The notes under the pieces: model-generated
The model's database searches: none
Seen by the model: only the letters and a program-made list of their open reading frames with translations
What the model was told of the DNA's origin: nothing
Position numbers and translations under genes: made by a program
Part shown: piece after piece, positions 24,666-25,347 of the stretch
Position numbering within the stretch: the first letter of the stretch is position 1
How the letters are laid out: every line of letters begins with the position of its first letter
Source of the DNA: a virus
Taxonomy: Duplodnaviria > Caudoviricetes
DNA length: 25,347 nucleotides
IMG/VR virus record: IMGVR_UViG_3300038520_002665
Span: 1-25,347 of that record
Reading direction: 5' to 3' (one strand)

Positions 24666-24683
24666 TATTTATCTAACTAAATA
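24666..24683. promoter_or_regulatory. Back-to-back divergent late promoters
   Basis: TATTTA (24666-24671, TAAATA on the minus strand) and TAAATA (24678-24683) between divergent genes. Confidence 0.65.
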
Positions 24684-24694
24684 AACAAAAAATC

Positions 24695-24889
24695 ATGATG
24701 TCTTTTTACTTAAAAAAACCTAGCATAATATCTGAATCAATAACTCTTTACTATACTGGCAATAATAGGTGGTCTGATAATGTAGAAAATAAAATTGCAT
24801 TTGAAACTAGAGATGAGGCAGAAGAGCACATATCTAATCCAGATGGAAAGAATGGTGGATTTGCTAACTGTGTCATTTTCTCAGATTAG
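24695..24889 (+). CDS. Small hypothetical protein
   Basis: 64-aa ORF after a late promoter motif; LYYTGNNRWSD and NPDGKNGGF. Confidence 0.7.
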   Translation: MMSFYLKKPSIISESITLYYTGNNRWSDNVENKIAFETRDEAEEHISNPDGKNGGFANCVIFSD

Positions 24890-24897
24890 ATTTTGCC

Positions 24898-24926
24898 TTG
24901 ACATACGCAATTGAGTAATCTATAAT
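24898..24926 (+). promoter_or_regulatory. Consensus sigma70 promoter
   Basis: TTGACA (24898-24903), 17 bp, TATAAT (24921-24926). Confidence 0.88.
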
Positions 24927-24951
24927 TGGGGAGTACCATGCCTTCTTCTTA

Positions 24952-25347
24952 ATGTTTGGACGGATCGCAATTTCCATTATACTAGCAATTCTTTCCGGTT
25001 CTTGTGCCACTAAAGCAATAGGGGAAAAAGAAATAAAGCAAAATGAGGTTGTAAGTATTCCAGTAGAACCATATATTCCTACTTGGAAGTGTATTGACTG
25101 TACACCTGAAGAACAATATGTTCTTTCAGAACTTCAAGAGAAAACTAAAATCACAGATAAAAATGCTCTGGCAACGATACTGGGAAATATTAAACAGGAA
25201 AGCAAGTTCCATTCCAACATTTGCGAGGGAGGTGCTAGAGTTCCTTACTCTGATTGTAATCGGGGTGGGTACGGACTTATTCAGTGGACCACTGAGAAGC
25301 GTTATCTGGGGCTAGGTTCATTCTGTAAGAAGTATGGATGTGATCCA
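24952..25347 (+). CDS. Lysozyme-like cell wall hydrolase (phage tail lysozyme-like) with an N-terminal signal peptide; truncated at the window end (not in ORF track)
   Basis: MFGRIAISIILAILSGSCATKA...ALATILGNIKQESKF...GGYGLIQWT...; has the GNxxxES catalytic Glu and GxGLxQW motifs; frame open to the end of the window. Confidence 0.8.
   Translation, partial: MFGRIAISIILAILSGSCATKAIGEKEIKQNEVVSIPVEPYIPTWKCIDCTPEEQYVLSELQEKTKITDKNALATILGNIKQESKFHSNICEGGARVPYSDCNRGGYGLIQWTTEKRYLGLGSFCKKYGCDP

Noticed and set aside
25094-25315. 73-aa plus-strand ORF in the track
   Set aside because: Out-of-frame overlap with the lysozyme-like gene starting at 24952, which the track missed because it runs off the window.

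Overview
Core replication and nucleotide-metabolism region of a T4-like cyanophage (myovirus, probably Kyanoviridae; taxonomy inferred from gene content and order). Almost everything is on the + strand. The order is hsp20, a host-type glyA, two small conserved genes, gp43 DNA polymerase, uvsX, a 2OG-Fe(II) oxygenase, gp41 helicase and mazG. A ~8 kb block driven mostly by late promoters follows. It encodes Lys/Arg-rich probable head-internal proteins, tRNA-Ser(UGA), a ligase-like KxDG protein and a HIGH-family nucleotidyltransferase. Then come gp61 primase, nrdA, nrdB, a PD-(D/E)XK nuclease, a minus-strand fibre-like protein and a truncated phage-lysozyme-like gene. T4 late promoter motifs (TAAATA/TATAAATA) and host sigma70-type promoters are visible. 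The most interesting unexplained signals are: (i) a nucleotidyltransferase with a T4-like capsid-targeting N-terminus next to a ligase-like enzyme and a tRNA; (ii) an A9 slippery run joining a 55-aa ORF to a start-less 383-codon frame; (iii) a ROSE-like RNA thermometer before hsp20; (iv) short promoter-to-terminator non-coding units around hsp20 and glyA; (v) a tRNA nested in an open reading frame. All calls come from reading the sequence and recalling family motifs; no searches were run.
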